Of a stretch of 64,000 nt of DNA, positions 1 to 8,712 are shown piece by piece. The translations under genes were made by a program, and so were the position numbers. How positions within the stretch are numbered: the first letter of the stretch is position 1; each line of letters begins with the position of its first letter. The DNA comes from an uncultured Gammaproteobacteria bacterium (lineage in GTDB: Bacteria; Patescibacteriota; Patescibacteriia; 2-01-FULL-39-33). The notes under the pieces were generated by a model. It made no database searches and was not told the DNA's origin. It worked only from the letters and a program-made list of their open reading frames with translations. The DNA lies in NCBI GenBank assembly GCA_964536975.1, contig CAZHYS010000003.1, positions 15,419 to 79,418 on the forward strand. Direction: 5' to 3'.

Positions 1-659
1 AACAATCCGGCGTTGATTTTTTTACTTCCGGCAATCATGCCTGGAAGAAGAACGGAGCCGACGAAATTTTGAATAATCCCAAAGAGCAGATCATCAGACC
101 CGCCAATTATTTGGCCAAAAAGTCCGGCCTTGGCTATCGGGAGGTGGATTTGACAAACAAGAAATCTCTGGCCAAAAAAATTGGCCAAAATAAGCTGATT
201 GTGGTAAACTTTTTAGGAAGAGTATTCATAGAGGATAAGTTGTCATGTCCTTTTAAGGCTTTTGAGAAAATCATAAAAGCCAATAAAAATGCCGTTTTTA
301 TCGTAGATTTTCATGCTGAAGCTACTTCGGAAAAGGTTGCTTTCGGCCGTTATTTTGACGGCCGGGCGGTAGCGGTTATGGGCACCCATACCCACATTCC
401 GACTGCCGATGAGACTGTTTTTCCCGGCGGGACGGCCTATGTCACTGATGTGGGCATGGTTGGTTATTATGATTCTGTCATTGGCGCCAACAAACAGCAA
501 ATCATAGGGATGTTTTTGGACAAGAAAGTCGGCGGCAGCCACAAGCATGATCTGCCCGAGACTGGTCAGTGCCAATTTAATGCTATTTATTTGGAAATAG
601 ACGAAAAGAAAAAAACAGCCAGAAAAATAAAAAGATTGGATTCAATTATTAAAATCTAA
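1..659 (+). CDS. ymdB: YmdB-like metallophosphoesterase (2',3'-cyclic-nucleotide phosphodiesterase family), 5'-truncated by window edge
   Basis: The frame is open from position 3 (QSGVDFFTSGNHAWKK...). Motifs GNHAW and DFHAEATSEK are typical of the YmdB/TIGR00282 family. Confidence 0.6.
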   Translation, partial: QSGVDFFTSGNHAWKKNGADEILNNPKEQIIRPANYLAKKSGLGYREVDLTNKKSLAKKIGQNKLIVVNFLGRVFIEDKLSCPFKAFEKIIKANKNAVFIVDFHAEATSEKVAFGRYFDGRAVAVMGTHTHIPTADETVFPGGTAYVTDVGMVGYYDSVIGANKQQIIGMFLDKKVGGSHKHDLPETGQCQFNAIYLEIDEKKKTARKIKRLDSIIKI

Positions 660-676
660 TTCATAACGAAAAGCTT

Positions 677-892
677 ATGGGTTTTTGGAACATGTTTGGC
701 GGAAAAGAAAGCGAAGCTGGCTCAACGCCGGTCGCTCCGGAAGAGACTTCAGCAGCCGAAACTTCCATGGACGAGGCGGAATCCACTGACGCCGCTCCGG
801 AGCAAGAGGTTGAGTCCGCGGATTCTTCTACCGGGGATACAACCGAAGAAGCCGCCACCTCAAGTGAAGGAGAAGTAGAAGGCCAAGAGTAA
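677..892 (+). CDS. small highly acidic hypothetical protein (71 aa, E/S/T/A-rich)
   Basis: ORF located between ymdB and hup. It is low complexity and I see no recognisable domain. Confidence 0.3.
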   Translation: MGFWNMFGGKESEAGSTPVAPEETSAAETSMDEAESTDAAPEQEVESADSSTGDTTEEAATSSEGEVEGQE

Positions 893-932
893 TAAATTGG
901 CTAAATAATAATAAAAGAAAGGAGGCAGCCAA

Positions 933-1280
933 ATGAACAAATCGGAATTATCGGAAAAAATATCCGAGCGACCCGGCGGTCTCAATAAGGCCCAGGTTGA
1001 ATCTGTCATTGACGGTTTCATTGATATCACCACCAGTGAATTGAAAAAAGGCGGCGAAGTCGCTTTGACCGGTTTTGGCACTTTTTCGGCTAGGAAACGG
1101 AAGGGGCGGGAAGGCATAAATCCCAGAAATCCCCAGGAAAAAATCACTATTCCGGCCGTCGTGGTTGCCAAATTTAAAGCCGGAAAACACTTGAAGGATG
1201 CTTTAAAAGGCGACCTGGATCGACCGGAGGCAATCTCCGAGCCCGAACCGGCAGCCGTTGAGCCATCACCTGAAGCATAA
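933..1280 (+). CDS. hup: HU/IHF family nucleoid DNA-binding protein with Pro/Glu-rich C-terminal tail
   Basis: The sequence MNKSELSEKISE...GFGTFSARKRKGREGINPRNPQEKITIPA matches the HU fold signature. An aaaggagg RBS lies 8 nt upstream. Confidence 0.85.
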   Translation: MNKSELSEKISERPGGLNKAQVESVIDGFIDITTSELKKGGEVALTGFGTFSARKRKGREGINPRNPQEKITIPAVVVAKFKAGKHLKDALKGDLDRPEAISEPEPAAVEPSPEA

Positions 1281-1299
1281 AGATTTTTGTCTGAAAAAA

Positions 1300-1350
1300 A
1301 TCACCCCTCTTTAAGCGAGTTAATCGCGTTTAAAGAGGGGTGATTTATTT
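1300..1350. terminator. intrinsic terminator hairpin after hup
   Basis: The inverted repeat atcacccctctttaa...ttaaagaggggtgat is followed by a T-run. Confidence 0.55.
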
Positions 1351-1352
1351 TA

Positions 1353-1425
1353 TGCGCCCACCAGGGCTCGAACCTGGGACCGTTTGCTTAAGAGGCAACT
1401 GCTCTACCAACTGAGCTATGGGCGC
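1353..1425 (-). tRNA. tRNA-Lys (anticodon CTT)
   Basis: The reverse complement folds as a cloverleaf: GCGCCCA acceptor, AGTTGGTAGAGC D-arm, anticodon loop cTCTTaa, TTCGAGC T-loop. A CCA tail is not encoded. Confidence 0.8.
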
Positions 1426-1452
1426 GCGTTTTATGAAATTATCGGTGTGTGT

Positions 1453-1484
1453 CTATTAGGACTCGAACCTATAGCCTTCTGGTT
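1453..1484 (-). repeat. orphan duplicate of the T-arm/anticodon-stem portion of tRNA-Arg(TCG)
   Basis: The 27-nt stretch ggactcgaacctatagccttctggt is identical to 1508-1534 inside the intact tRNA. The copy lacks acceptor ends. Confidence 0.6.
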
Positions 1485-1495
1485 TTCCGTAAAAA

Positions 1496-1569
1496 TGCGC
1501 CCGACAGGACTCGAACCTATAGCCTTCTGGTCCGAAGCCAGACGCTCTATCCAATTGAGCTACGGGCGC
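1496..1569 (-). tRNA. tRNA-Arg (anticodon TCG)
   Basis: The reverse complement reads GCGCCCG-TA-GCTCAATTGGATAGAGC-G-TCTGG-cTTCGga-CCAGA...TTCGAGT...CGGGCGC-A. Confidence 0.8.
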
Positions 1570-1624
1570 ATATTATTTTATTTAAAACAGCCATGGCTAA
1601 ATTTATCGCAACATTTTCCAACTC

Positions 1625-1690
1625 GTCTGCTCGTCTCGCGTCGGCGCGAGCCGAGGCGGAAGCTATGGGCACGCTTGATTATCTAACTCG
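1625..1690. repeat. hairpin (ctcgcgtcggcgcgag) + 'ccgaggcggaagcta' + copy of tRNA-Lys 5' end (agctatgggc)
   Basis: The same architecture recurs at 9183-9452 and 23752-23800, each time with the local tRNA's 5' end. Confidence 0.55.
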
Positions 1691-1726
1691 TTCATTTTAG
1701 CATATTAGGAGAAAAAAATCAATCCG

Positions 1727-1759
1727 CCCAAGGCGGATTGATTTTTTGATCAGAAGAGA
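1727..1759. terminator. bidirectional intrinsic terminator (downstream of pilT)
   Basis: The palindrome aatcaatccgcccaaggcggattgatt has T-runs on both strands. Confidence 0.6.
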
Positions 1760-1762
1760 TGA

Positions 1763-2794
1763 CTACCCTCTGATCTCGTAAGTATTCAAATCGTAAGTTT
1801 CTTTGCTGATAATATCTTTTTTGTAAAGATCTTCCAATGATTTATCCATCGTGACCATGCCTTCCCTGGCGCTGGTTTGGATAGTGGTCTTGATTTGAGC
1901 GATCTTATTTTCCCTAATCAGGTTGGAAATAGCTGGGGTATTAATAAGTATTTCTCTGGCTGCCGCCCGCCCGCCGCCATTTTTTGGCACCAATCTTTGC
2001 GAGACTATTGCCTTCAAAGTAATAGAAATCTGCATCCGGATTTGATTTTGCTGATGCGGCGGAAAAATATCAATAATACGATCAATGGTTTGAGCGGCGC
2101 TATAGGTGTGGAGTGTTGCAAACACCAAATGGCCGGTTTCCGCCAAGGTAATGGTGGTGGCAATGGTCTCCAAATTTCTCATTTCGCCGACCATAATGAC
2201 ATTTGGATCTTGCCGCAAGACATGGATAAGGCCGTTTTGAAATGATAACATGTCTTCCCCCAACTGTCTTTGGCGAATAATGCTTTTAATCGGTTTGAAA
2301 ACAAATTCAATCGGATCTTCCAGGGTGATGATATTGGTATTGCGATTTTGATTGATATAATTTATCATTGCCGCTAAAGAAGTGGATTTGCCGCAGCCGG
2401 TCGGACCAGTAACCAAGATCAGTCCTCGATCAAGATTGCATATATCATAAAGCGTTTGGGGCATTTCTATTTCTTCCATCGTCGGAATTTCCGAGGGAAT
2501 AGTTCTGGCTGACAGGCCGATATTACCTTTTTCCCAATGGATATTGACACGGAAACGCGACTCGTCGGATGTTTGGTAGGCAAAGTCCAGTTCTTTTTCA
2601 ATGGAAAACTTTTTGAATTGATTGCTGTCAATCATTGTGGAAACCAGAGACTCAATTTCTTTACCGTTAAGCGCTTTTTTGCCAATCGGTCTAAGCTCGC
2701 CGTCAATTCTGACAAACGGAGGCAAATCGGCGATCAGATGGAAATCCGAAGCGTTTTCTTTGACCGCTCCTTGAAGCAGGCTGTTTATATCCAT
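1763..2794 (-). CDS. pilT: type IV pilus retraction ATPase PilT (twitching motility)
   Basis: Walker A motif GPTGCGKST is present. The sequence matches the PilT/PilU family across its 343 aa. Confidence 0.85.
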   Translation of the reverse strand: MDINSLLQGAVKENASDFHLIADLPPFVRIDGELRPIGKKALNGKEIESLVSTMIDSNQFKKFSIEKELDFAYQTSDESRFRVNIHWEKGNIGLSARTIPSEIPTMEEIEMPQTLYDICNLDRGLILVTGPTGCGKSTSLAAMINYINQNRNTNIITLEDPIEFVFKPIKSIIRQRQLGEDMLSFQNGLIHVLRQDPNVIMVGEMRNLETIATTITLAETGHLVFATLHTYSAAQTIDRIIDIFPPHQQNQIRMQISITLKAIVSQRLVPKNGGGRAAAREILINTPAISNLIRENKIAQIKTTIQTSAREGMVTMDKSLEDLYKKDIISKETYDLNTYEIRG

Positions 2795-2816
2795 GGTGGT
2801 ATGTTAATTTATTTAA

Positions 2817-3515
2817 TTAATTCCACTTTTTCTTTTTGAGCGCTTTCTTGGCCGCTTCTATCTGCGCCTCTTGCTTGCTGGAGCCGCTGCCATCAGCGAT
2901 CATTTCTTTGTCCAAGAAAACACCGACACGGAAAGTCTTATTGTGGTCGGGACCGGCGGATTCCAGTACTTTGTAGCTAGGCGTGATACCGGAAATTTCC
3001 TGGGCTTTTTCTTGGAATCGACTTTTTGGGTCAATATACAGCTTATTTTCTATGATTTCTTCCAGTCCGGTCAGGATGTTTTTTTCAATGAATTTTTTGG
3101 CTTCTTTAATGCCTTGATCGATATAAATAGCACCAATGACCGCCTCCATAGCATTAGCCAAGATGTATTGTCTAGCTTTGGAGTTTGAATCCTTGCTTTC
3201 CCCCCGGCTCATTCTGATGAATTGCTCCAGCTCCATTTTTTTGGCGATCTGTGCCAGATTGACGCCATTGACCAGGCTGGCGCGCCAATTGGTCAATTCG
3301 CCTTCGGGATTGGGGTATTTTTGGTATAAATGTTCGGTGACCACTAGTTCCAAAACGGCATCGCCGAGAAACTCTAATCTTTCGTTATGATCAAGTTTGA
3401 ATTCCGGATGCTCATTGAGATAGGAACGGTGGGTAATAGCCTCGGTCAGAATGTTTTTATCTTTGAAACGGACATTAATTGTTTTTTCCAGTTTGCTAAT
3501 GTCTTTCATTGCCAT
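2817..3515 (-). CDS. rnc: ribonuclease III
   Basis: The catalytic signature ERLEFLGDAVL and a C-terminal dsRBD are present. The ORF track extends the N-terminus to 3647, but that extension overlaps nusB. The ATG at 3515 (MAMKDISK) lies 7 nt after the nusB stop. Confidence 0.8.
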   Translation of the reverse strand: MAMKDISKLEKTINVRFKDKNILTEAITHRSYLNEHPEFKLDHNERLEFLGDAVLELVVTEHLYQKYPNPEGELTNWRASLVNGVNLAQIAKKMELEQFIRMSRGESKDSNSKARQYILANAMEAVIGAIYIDQGIKEAKKFIEKNILTGLEEIIENKLYIDPKSRFQEKAQEISGITPSYKVLESAGPDHNKTFRVGVFLDKEMIADGSGSSKQEAQIEAAKKALKKKKWN

Positions 3516-3522
3516 TGGTTGG

Positions 3523-3990
3523 TTAATTTTGTGTTTCCGGTTTGGCGGCCGGTTTGGGATTTTTTTTGTCAATTTCTTTTTCACCCATATTTTTGTAAAC
3601 CGCGCCCAAAACTCCATTGACGAACTTGCCTGACGACTCGCCGCCAAAGGTCTTAGCCAGCTCTATGGCCTCATTGATGGCGACCTTGGCCGGAATATTG
3701 TCGTCAAATTTCAGCTCATAAATTCCAAGCCGCAAGACATTGCGGTCAACGATAGTAATCTGATTAAGCGGCCACTCCGGGGCGAATTTGGCGATTAGTC
3801 CGTCAATGCTTGTTTTGTATTCTATCACCCCTTGGGTCAGGTGCTTGATAAATCCGCCGTCGTCAAATTCCGGAGCGAAAGCTTTTTTGTTTTCCTCCAA
3901 GAGAGAATCAAGGTTTTGTTTTTGGCCATTGAAGTCCCATTGGTATAAGACTTGGACGGCGATGGTGCGAGCTAAATGTCGGTTAGACAT
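3523..3990 (-). CDS. nusB: transcription antitermination factor NusB
   Basis: NusB family similarity ([17 protein letters not shown]...). Confidence 0.85.
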   Translation of the reverse strand: MSNRHLARTIAVQVLYQWDFNGQKQNLDSLLEENKKAFAPEFDDGGFIKHLTQGVIEYKTSIDGLIAKFAPEWPLNQITIVDRNVLRLGIYELKFDDNIPAKVAINEAIELAKTFGGESSGKFVNGVLGAVYKNMGEKEIDKKNPKPAAKPETQN

Positions 3991-4056
3991 CGGAAAATTT
4001 GATTAATTTTGATCCAAGCAAATTTAAGGCAAAATTATAATAATCCGGAAATGTGT

Positions 4057-4326
4057 TTATTTTTTTGATTCCTTCCCTTCTTTTTGAATCTCTTTTTCCT
4101 TGGCTTTGGCCTTGCGGTCTTGTTCTTTTTGCTTCAAAGTTTTTTTCTTGGTCTTAATTGCCAAAACTGCCTTGCCTTTATAGGTGCCGCAAAAAGCGCA
4201 GGCATGATGAGGTTGTTTTGGTTTGCCGCACTTGGGGCAGGTGTGTAGAGAAGTTTTTTTCAAGGCAAAATGCGATGCTCTTCGTCTTTTGGAACTCTTT
4301 GTTCTTTTCTGGCTGGGTAAACCCAT
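4057..4326 (-). CDS. rpmF: 50S ribosomal protein L32 with Lys-rich C-terminal extension
   Basis: The core MGLPSQKRTKSSKRRRASH...CPKCG...CAFCG contains the L32 zinc ribbon. Confidence 0.8.
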   Translation of the reverse strand: MGLPSQKRTKSSKRRRASHFALKKTSLHTCPKCGKPKQPHHACAFCGTYKGKAVLAIKTKKKTLKQKEQDRKAKAKEKEIQKEGKESKK

Positions 4327-4498
4327 AGTTTTAAAAAAATAATTTGTTAATTATCCCGCGTTATTCGTCTGGCTATTTGGGGCAAGGCGAGCCGCGGGCT
4401 CTTTTGTTTACAAGCTAATTATAACAGAAAGAAATATTTTTTTCAAGAAAAGGCCGGCTCCCGATTGGAGTCGACCCTTAGTCTGGCTATGGCCTTTC

Positions 4499-4954
4499 TT
4501 AGGCCTCTGATTCAATTGCAGCGGGATTAACGCGAGACCACTGTTCTCCTTCGCCAAGATAGCCCATCGCTGCAAGGGATGTTTGGAAGTCGTAACAATT
4601 CAGACAGTGAACGGAGCAGGTGGCTCCATCCTCGTTCATTGTTGTAACAGACCCCTCCGTGCAGGTTGCAGCTGTTTTCAATAGGACGGCGAAGTCGCCC
4701 GGCAAAATCACCTTGCCGCACTTGGCGCATTTGATCGCCCCCTTCGTTAAACAGTCTGGACAGAATTTTGGTCTCACAAACCATGGCGGGTGAATTTCCG
4801 TCCTTTTGCCGAACACCACAATGACTTGGCGGACTTTTCGGCATTTGTGTCCGCAGCCGGCGGTCACTTCCCGGCACAGGAAAAACATCAGGCCAAATGG
4901 CGCCGCGATGATAACCAGAACCAGTAATATAAAACCCCAGTCGTTCGGCTGCAT
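4499..4954 (-). CDS. hypothetical membrane-anchored Cys-rich (multi CxxC) protein
   Basis: It has an N-terminal TM helix and five CxxC-like pairs. An aaggagg RBS lies 8 nt upstream. GC is above that of its neighbours. Confidence 0.5.
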   Translation of the reverse strand: MQPNDWGFILLVLVIIAAPFGLMFFLCREVTAGCGHKCRKVRQVIVVFGKRTEIHPPWFVRPKFCPDCLTKGAIKCAKCGKVILPGDFAVLLKTAATCTEGSVTTMNEDGATCSVHCLNCYDFQTSLAAMGYLGEGEQWSRVNPAAIESEA

Positions 4955-5029
4955 TTTCGTTCCTCCTTAATGCGTTGCAGTCATGTTTCAGTTCCCGACA
5001 ATCTATTATATCTCAAATATCGCAGTTTG

Positions 5030-6067
5030 TCAACCCTTTAAAGTCGCGAGGAATGTTTGCAATTCTAGCGGCAGGTTGCTTGCAAAATGATATTGTTTTC
5101 CATCTGGTCCAGCAAAAGACAGCTCGCCCGCGTGGAGGAAAATTCTACCCGGGTCGGATTTTATTTTTTGTTTTCTGGCTTTGTATAATTTGTCGCCGAC
5201 TATCGGGTGACCGTAAGCCAGAAGATGGACGCGGATTTGGTGGGTACGGCCGGTGAGAATCTGGACTTCCAGCAGAGTATAATTTTTGTATCTTTTCACC
5301 ACCTTAAAAATAGTAAGCGCTTTTTTGCCTTCGTCCGCCTCGTTATCTTCACTGTTCGGCCGCGCGGCAAACAGCCCTTGTTTGGTGGAAGATCGGCTGA
5401 TGGGGAAATTTATTTCTGCGCTGTCGGCCGCGATTTCTCCGATGACTAAGGCAGAATATTTTTTGACAATAGTATGGTTTTTGAATTGCTGTTTGAAGTA
5501 ATCAAAAGCATCCTGCGTCCGCGGAACAATCATTAATCCGGAGACTTCCTTGTCCAAGCGGTGGACAATGCTGGCGCGCGCCGGATCTTCGCCGATTTTT
5601 TTCAACTCCGGATATTTGTCTGTCAGTAAATCCACCAACGTGTCGGTTTCTTCCTTGTCGGTCGGGTGAACCAGAATTCCCGCCGGTTTTTCAATAATAA
5701 GGAAGTCGGGGTTGTCGCTTATCACGGTTACTTTTTTGAATGGTTTGCCGGACTTTGAGGCGGGCGCGAGGGAAATCTTTTTTCCAGTAATCGGTAACTT
5801 GTGATCAGTAATCAGTAATTGAGTTTTTTTACTTGGAGTTTTCGCTTTTAGTTTTTCGTTTTTCGTTTTTCGCTTGATGTGGTCGCCCTCTTTAAGAAAA
5901 CAATGGACACTGGTCGGTTTATTATTGACTGAAATTTCTTTATTTAAAATTATTTTTTTGATTTGGGAGCGGGAAATGCCGGGAAGTTTTTCGGACAAAA
6001 AAACATCTAGCCGTTTTTTGGCATCCTGACTAGTTGCGGTAAAGGTGATATCATTGTTTGAAGGCAT
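5030..6067 (-). CDS. RluA-family 23S rRNA pseudouridine synthase (S4 domain + catalytic domain) with low-complexity in-frame insert
   Basis: It has an S4 N-terminus (RLDVFLSEKLPGISRSQIKKII) and the HRLDKEVSG catalytic motif. The insert at about 5790-5880 is built from word repeats gtaatcagtaat and cgtttttcgttttt. Confidence 0.8.
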   Translation of the reverse strand: MPSNNDITFTATSQDAKKRLDVFLSEKLPGISRSQIKKIILNKEISVNNKPTSVHCFLKEGDHIKRKTKNEKLKAKTPSKKTQLLITDHKLPITGKKISLAPASKSGKPFKKVTVISDNPDFLIIEKPAGILVHPTDKEETDTLVDLLTDKYPELKKIGEDPARASIVHRLDKEVSGLMIVPRTQDAFDYFKQQFKNHTIVKKYSALVIGEIAADSAEINFPISRSSTKQGLFAARPNSEDNEADEGKKALTIFKVVKRYKNYTLLEVQILTGRTHQIRVHLLAYGHPIVGDKLYKARKQKIKSDPGRIFLHAGELSFAGPDGKQYHFASNLPLELQTFLATLKG

Positions 6068-6135
6068 GAATTATTTTTTGGTATTTTTAAAATTAGTTTT
6101 ATTCTTGGAATCACTATTTCGCATTTTTTTCAAAA

Positions 6136-7662
6136 TTAATTTTGACTGTGCAGAAGACGCTTTCGTTCCTCTTCGTAGAAGGCAATATCCGGGTGCATGT
6201 TTTTCAATTCTTTCGCCGGCAATTCATTTAATTCCTTTATCCTTTCGGCCAGATATTTTTCATTATTTTTTTCCGGGTTTTCCAATACTTCGCCCAGTAG
6301 CGCATTGAGAATCAGTCCTATTTGCGGTCCGGGTGAGATACTCAATATTTCCATCACCTTGCTACCGTCGGTTTTGAGCATCTTGGGGCTGATGGGATCA
6401 AGCTGGACTTCTTTGAGCCGGCGTTCCAATTCCACCAGCTTCCACGGTTTGGCTTTTGGCCGGCCCATGCCCAGTCGGTCGCAAATGCGCAGATTGATAA
6501 AATCCTCAACATTGTCTTTGCCCAGTCGGTTGAGTAGTCGTCGCACTCCTGCGTCGCTGACGATATCCAACGCGTAATAAAACATATGATAGCGGACCAA
6601 GTGGACGACGCTCTTGATAATGTCGTTGGAATAATTAAGCCGCTTTAGGATTTGCTTTGTTTGGTGGGCGCCCTCTTGGTCGTGATTATAAAAGGTGGCG
6701 TCGCCGTCCTTGATTTGTTTGGTTCTTGGCTTGCCGACATCATGAAACAAAGCGGCCAATCTTATCTCCAATTTGTAATTTCTTTCTGCCGCCGCGCCGA
6801 GCGATCGGACATTATGATCAAATACTTCGTAAATGTGAGCTTTATTTTGTTTGACACCAACTCCATTTTCCAGCTCTGGTATCAATTCTTTGAGCAGGCC
6901 GATTTTTTGCATCAGGCGGATGCCGGCCTCGGCCCGCTCCGACATAATGATTTTGGTCAGCTCTTCATTGACCCGTTCAGCCGGCAGAGTGGCGATTTTT
7001 TTTGCTTTTTTACTGATGGTGGCCAAGGTTTCCTTCTCAATATCAAAGTCCAGTTGGCAGGCGAAACGCACCGCCCGCAGCATTCTGGTATAATCTTCCT
7101 GGAATCTTTTTTCCGGCTTGCCGATGGCGCGGATTATTTTTTTGTCCAAATCTTTGAGTCCGTCAAACTCATCAATTAGTTTTTTGTTTTTAATGTCCCA
7201 GGCCAAAGCGTTGACGGTAAAGTCGCGGCGGGAGAGATCTTTTTCAATCGGCAGATTTTTATCGCTCTGGATTTCAAAGTCTTGATAACCGCCAGACATG
7301 CCGGCTTTTTCCGTCCGCGGCAAAGCAATTTCAATCGGGTTGGCGCCGGTTATTTTGCTTGCTTTTGCCGATGAGACCTTCGCTTTCGCGGGGATGAATT
7401 TGAAGACGCCAAAACTTTTGCCGACAAGGTTGACTTCACCTAGATCTGACAAGAATTTTTCCAAGTCCTTAGCGTCCACTTTGCCGACGACAAAATCAAA
7501 GTCTTTCGTGTCACGGCCGATGATGATGTCGCGAGTCGCGCCGCCGACCAAATAAATTTCCGCTGCCGGAAAGGATTTGAGCAATTTTTTGACAAAACCG
7601 AAATCTTTCTGCTTCAACGCAGACTCTTGCCAAACGGTTAATTTTTTTTCAATATTTTCCAT
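6136..7662 (-). CDS. cca: CCA-adding tRNA nucleotidyltransferase with HD domain
   Basis: It has a PolyA-pol head (LVGGATRDIIIGRDTKDFDFVV) and an HD motif (LAALFHDVGKP). Confidence 0.8.
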   Translation of the reverse strand: MENIEKKLTVWQESALKQKDFGFVKKLLKSFPAAEIYLVGGATRDIIIGRDTKDFDFVVGKVDAKDLEKFLSDLGEVNLVGKSFGVFKFIPAKAKVSSAKASKITGANPIEIALPRTEKAGMSGGYQDFEIQSDKNLPIEKDLSRRDFTVNALAWDIKNKKLIDEFDGLKDLDKKIIRAIGKPEKRFQEDYTRMLRAVRFACQLDFDIEKETLATISKKAKKIATLPAERVNEELTKIIMSERAEAGIRLMQKIGLLKELIPELENGVGVKQNKAHIYEVFDHNVRSLGAAAERNYKLEIRLAALFHDVGKPRTKQIKDGDATFYNHDQEGAHQTKQILKRLNYSNDIIKSVVHLVRYHMFYYALDIVSDAGVRRLLNRLGKDNVEDFINLRICDRLGMGRPKAKPWKLVELERRLKEVQLDPISPKMLKTDGSKVMEILSISPGPQIGLILNALLGEVLENPEKNNEKYLAERIKELNELPAKELKNMHPDIAFYEEERKRLLHSQN

Positions 7663-7727
7663 GAAATTTATGGCTATCTATGCTATTATAACCTTAAGAA
7701 ATATAAAAATGGTTAATTTATATTGAC

Positions 7728-7833
7728 GCCCCCCCTCCTTGTTTGAAGGAGGGGGAAGGGGGGAGGTTTTAAAGTATTAAAATTAGGTTTATTCTAACCC
7801 TCTCCTATCCTCCCCCTTCAGACAAGGGGGAGG
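7728..7833. repeat. two copies of the CCCCTCC...GGAGGGG hairpin repeat
   Basis: Copy 1 is ccccctccttgtttgaaggagggggaaggggggagg. Copy 2 is cctcccccttcagacaagggggagg. Confidence 0.7.
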
Positions 7834-7919
7834 AAAATAAGGTGAAAAGAATCAATGATTATTATAAGTATTATTGTATCATAAGTTTATTATTTTAGCT
7901 TAAATTAAGCGTAAAGTCA

Positions 7920-8678
7920 ATGATCAAGCTAAGCATCATCATCCCGGCGCTCAACGAAGAACGGTTTTTGCCGTTTCTTCTTACCTCCATCAAGAATCAG
8001 AATTTTGCCGAGGCCGAGGTCATTATTGCTGACGCCGGTTCTACCGACCGGACACTGGAGATTGCCGACAAATTCCAGGCCAGGGTGGTGTCTGGCGGTA
8101 TGCCGGCGGTGGGTCGCAATCACGGCGCCGCGGTCGCCGCGGGAGGGTGGCTGTTGTTTTTGGATTCGGATGTTATTTTGCCCAAGAGCTTTTTGGCGGA
8201 TATTTTGACCAGAGCGGAGGAAAAACAGATTGATGTCGCTTCTTGCGCCGTGGTGCCTCTTAGCGACAAAAATATTGATCTCATTCTTCATGATGTGGTC
8301 AATGCCTATATGTCGCTGACCCAATATTTTTACCCTCACGCGCCGGGTTTTTGCATTTTGATCAAAAAATCGTTGCACCAAAAAATCGGCGGCTTTGACG
8401 AACAGCTCAAATTGGCCGAAGACCATAATTATGTCAAACGGGCGAAAGAGGAGGGTAAATTCCGCATTCTGCAAAAACCGAAAATATTCGTTTCCGTTCG
8501 CCGACTGGAAGCCGACGGCCGGCTCAATATTTCCACCAAGTATCTTTTGTGTGAAGCGTACCGTCTGCTTCTGGGCGAGATTGACACGGATATTTTCAAA
8601 TACAAGTTTGGGCATTATAATGAAAAAGAAAAAGAGAGATTTATTGATCGGATAAAAAATAAATTACACTTGAAATAA
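7920..8678 (+). CDS. family 2 glycosyltransferase
   Basis: The N-terminus (MIKLSIIIPALNEERFLP...) and DxD-region motifs are typical of GT2. Confidence 0.8.
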   Translation: MIKLSIIIPALNEERFLPFLLTSIKNQNFAEAEVIIADAGSTDRTLEIADKFQARVVSGGMPAVGRNHGAAVAAGGWLLFLDSDVILPKSFLADILTRAEEKQIDVASCAVVPLSDKNIDLILHDVVNAYMSLTQYFYPHAPGFCILIKKSLHQKIGGFDEQLKLAEDHNYVKRAKEEGKFRILQKPKIFVSVRRLEADGRLNISTKYLLCEAYRLLLGEIDTDIFKYKFGHYNEKEKERFIDRIKNKLHLK

Positions 8679-8680
8679 AA

Positions 8681-8706
8681 ACATCCGCCTCGGGCGGATG
8701 TTTTCT
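8681..8706 (+). terminator. intrinsic terminator after the GT2 gene
   Basis: The hairpin acatccgcctcgggcggatgt is followed by tttct. Confidence 0.55.
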
Positions 8707-8712
8707 ACTGTA

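Noticed and set aside
1384-1700. ORFs 1384-1686 and 1449-1700 (+)
   Set aside because: They lie entirely over two tRNA genes and their fragments. There is no RBS, so they are spurious.
2817-3647. Long N-terminal extension of rnc (start at 3647)
   Set aside because: The extension overlaps the 3' end of nusB in another frame and has no rnc homology. The ATG at 3515 (or 3509) just after the nusB stop is the plausible start.
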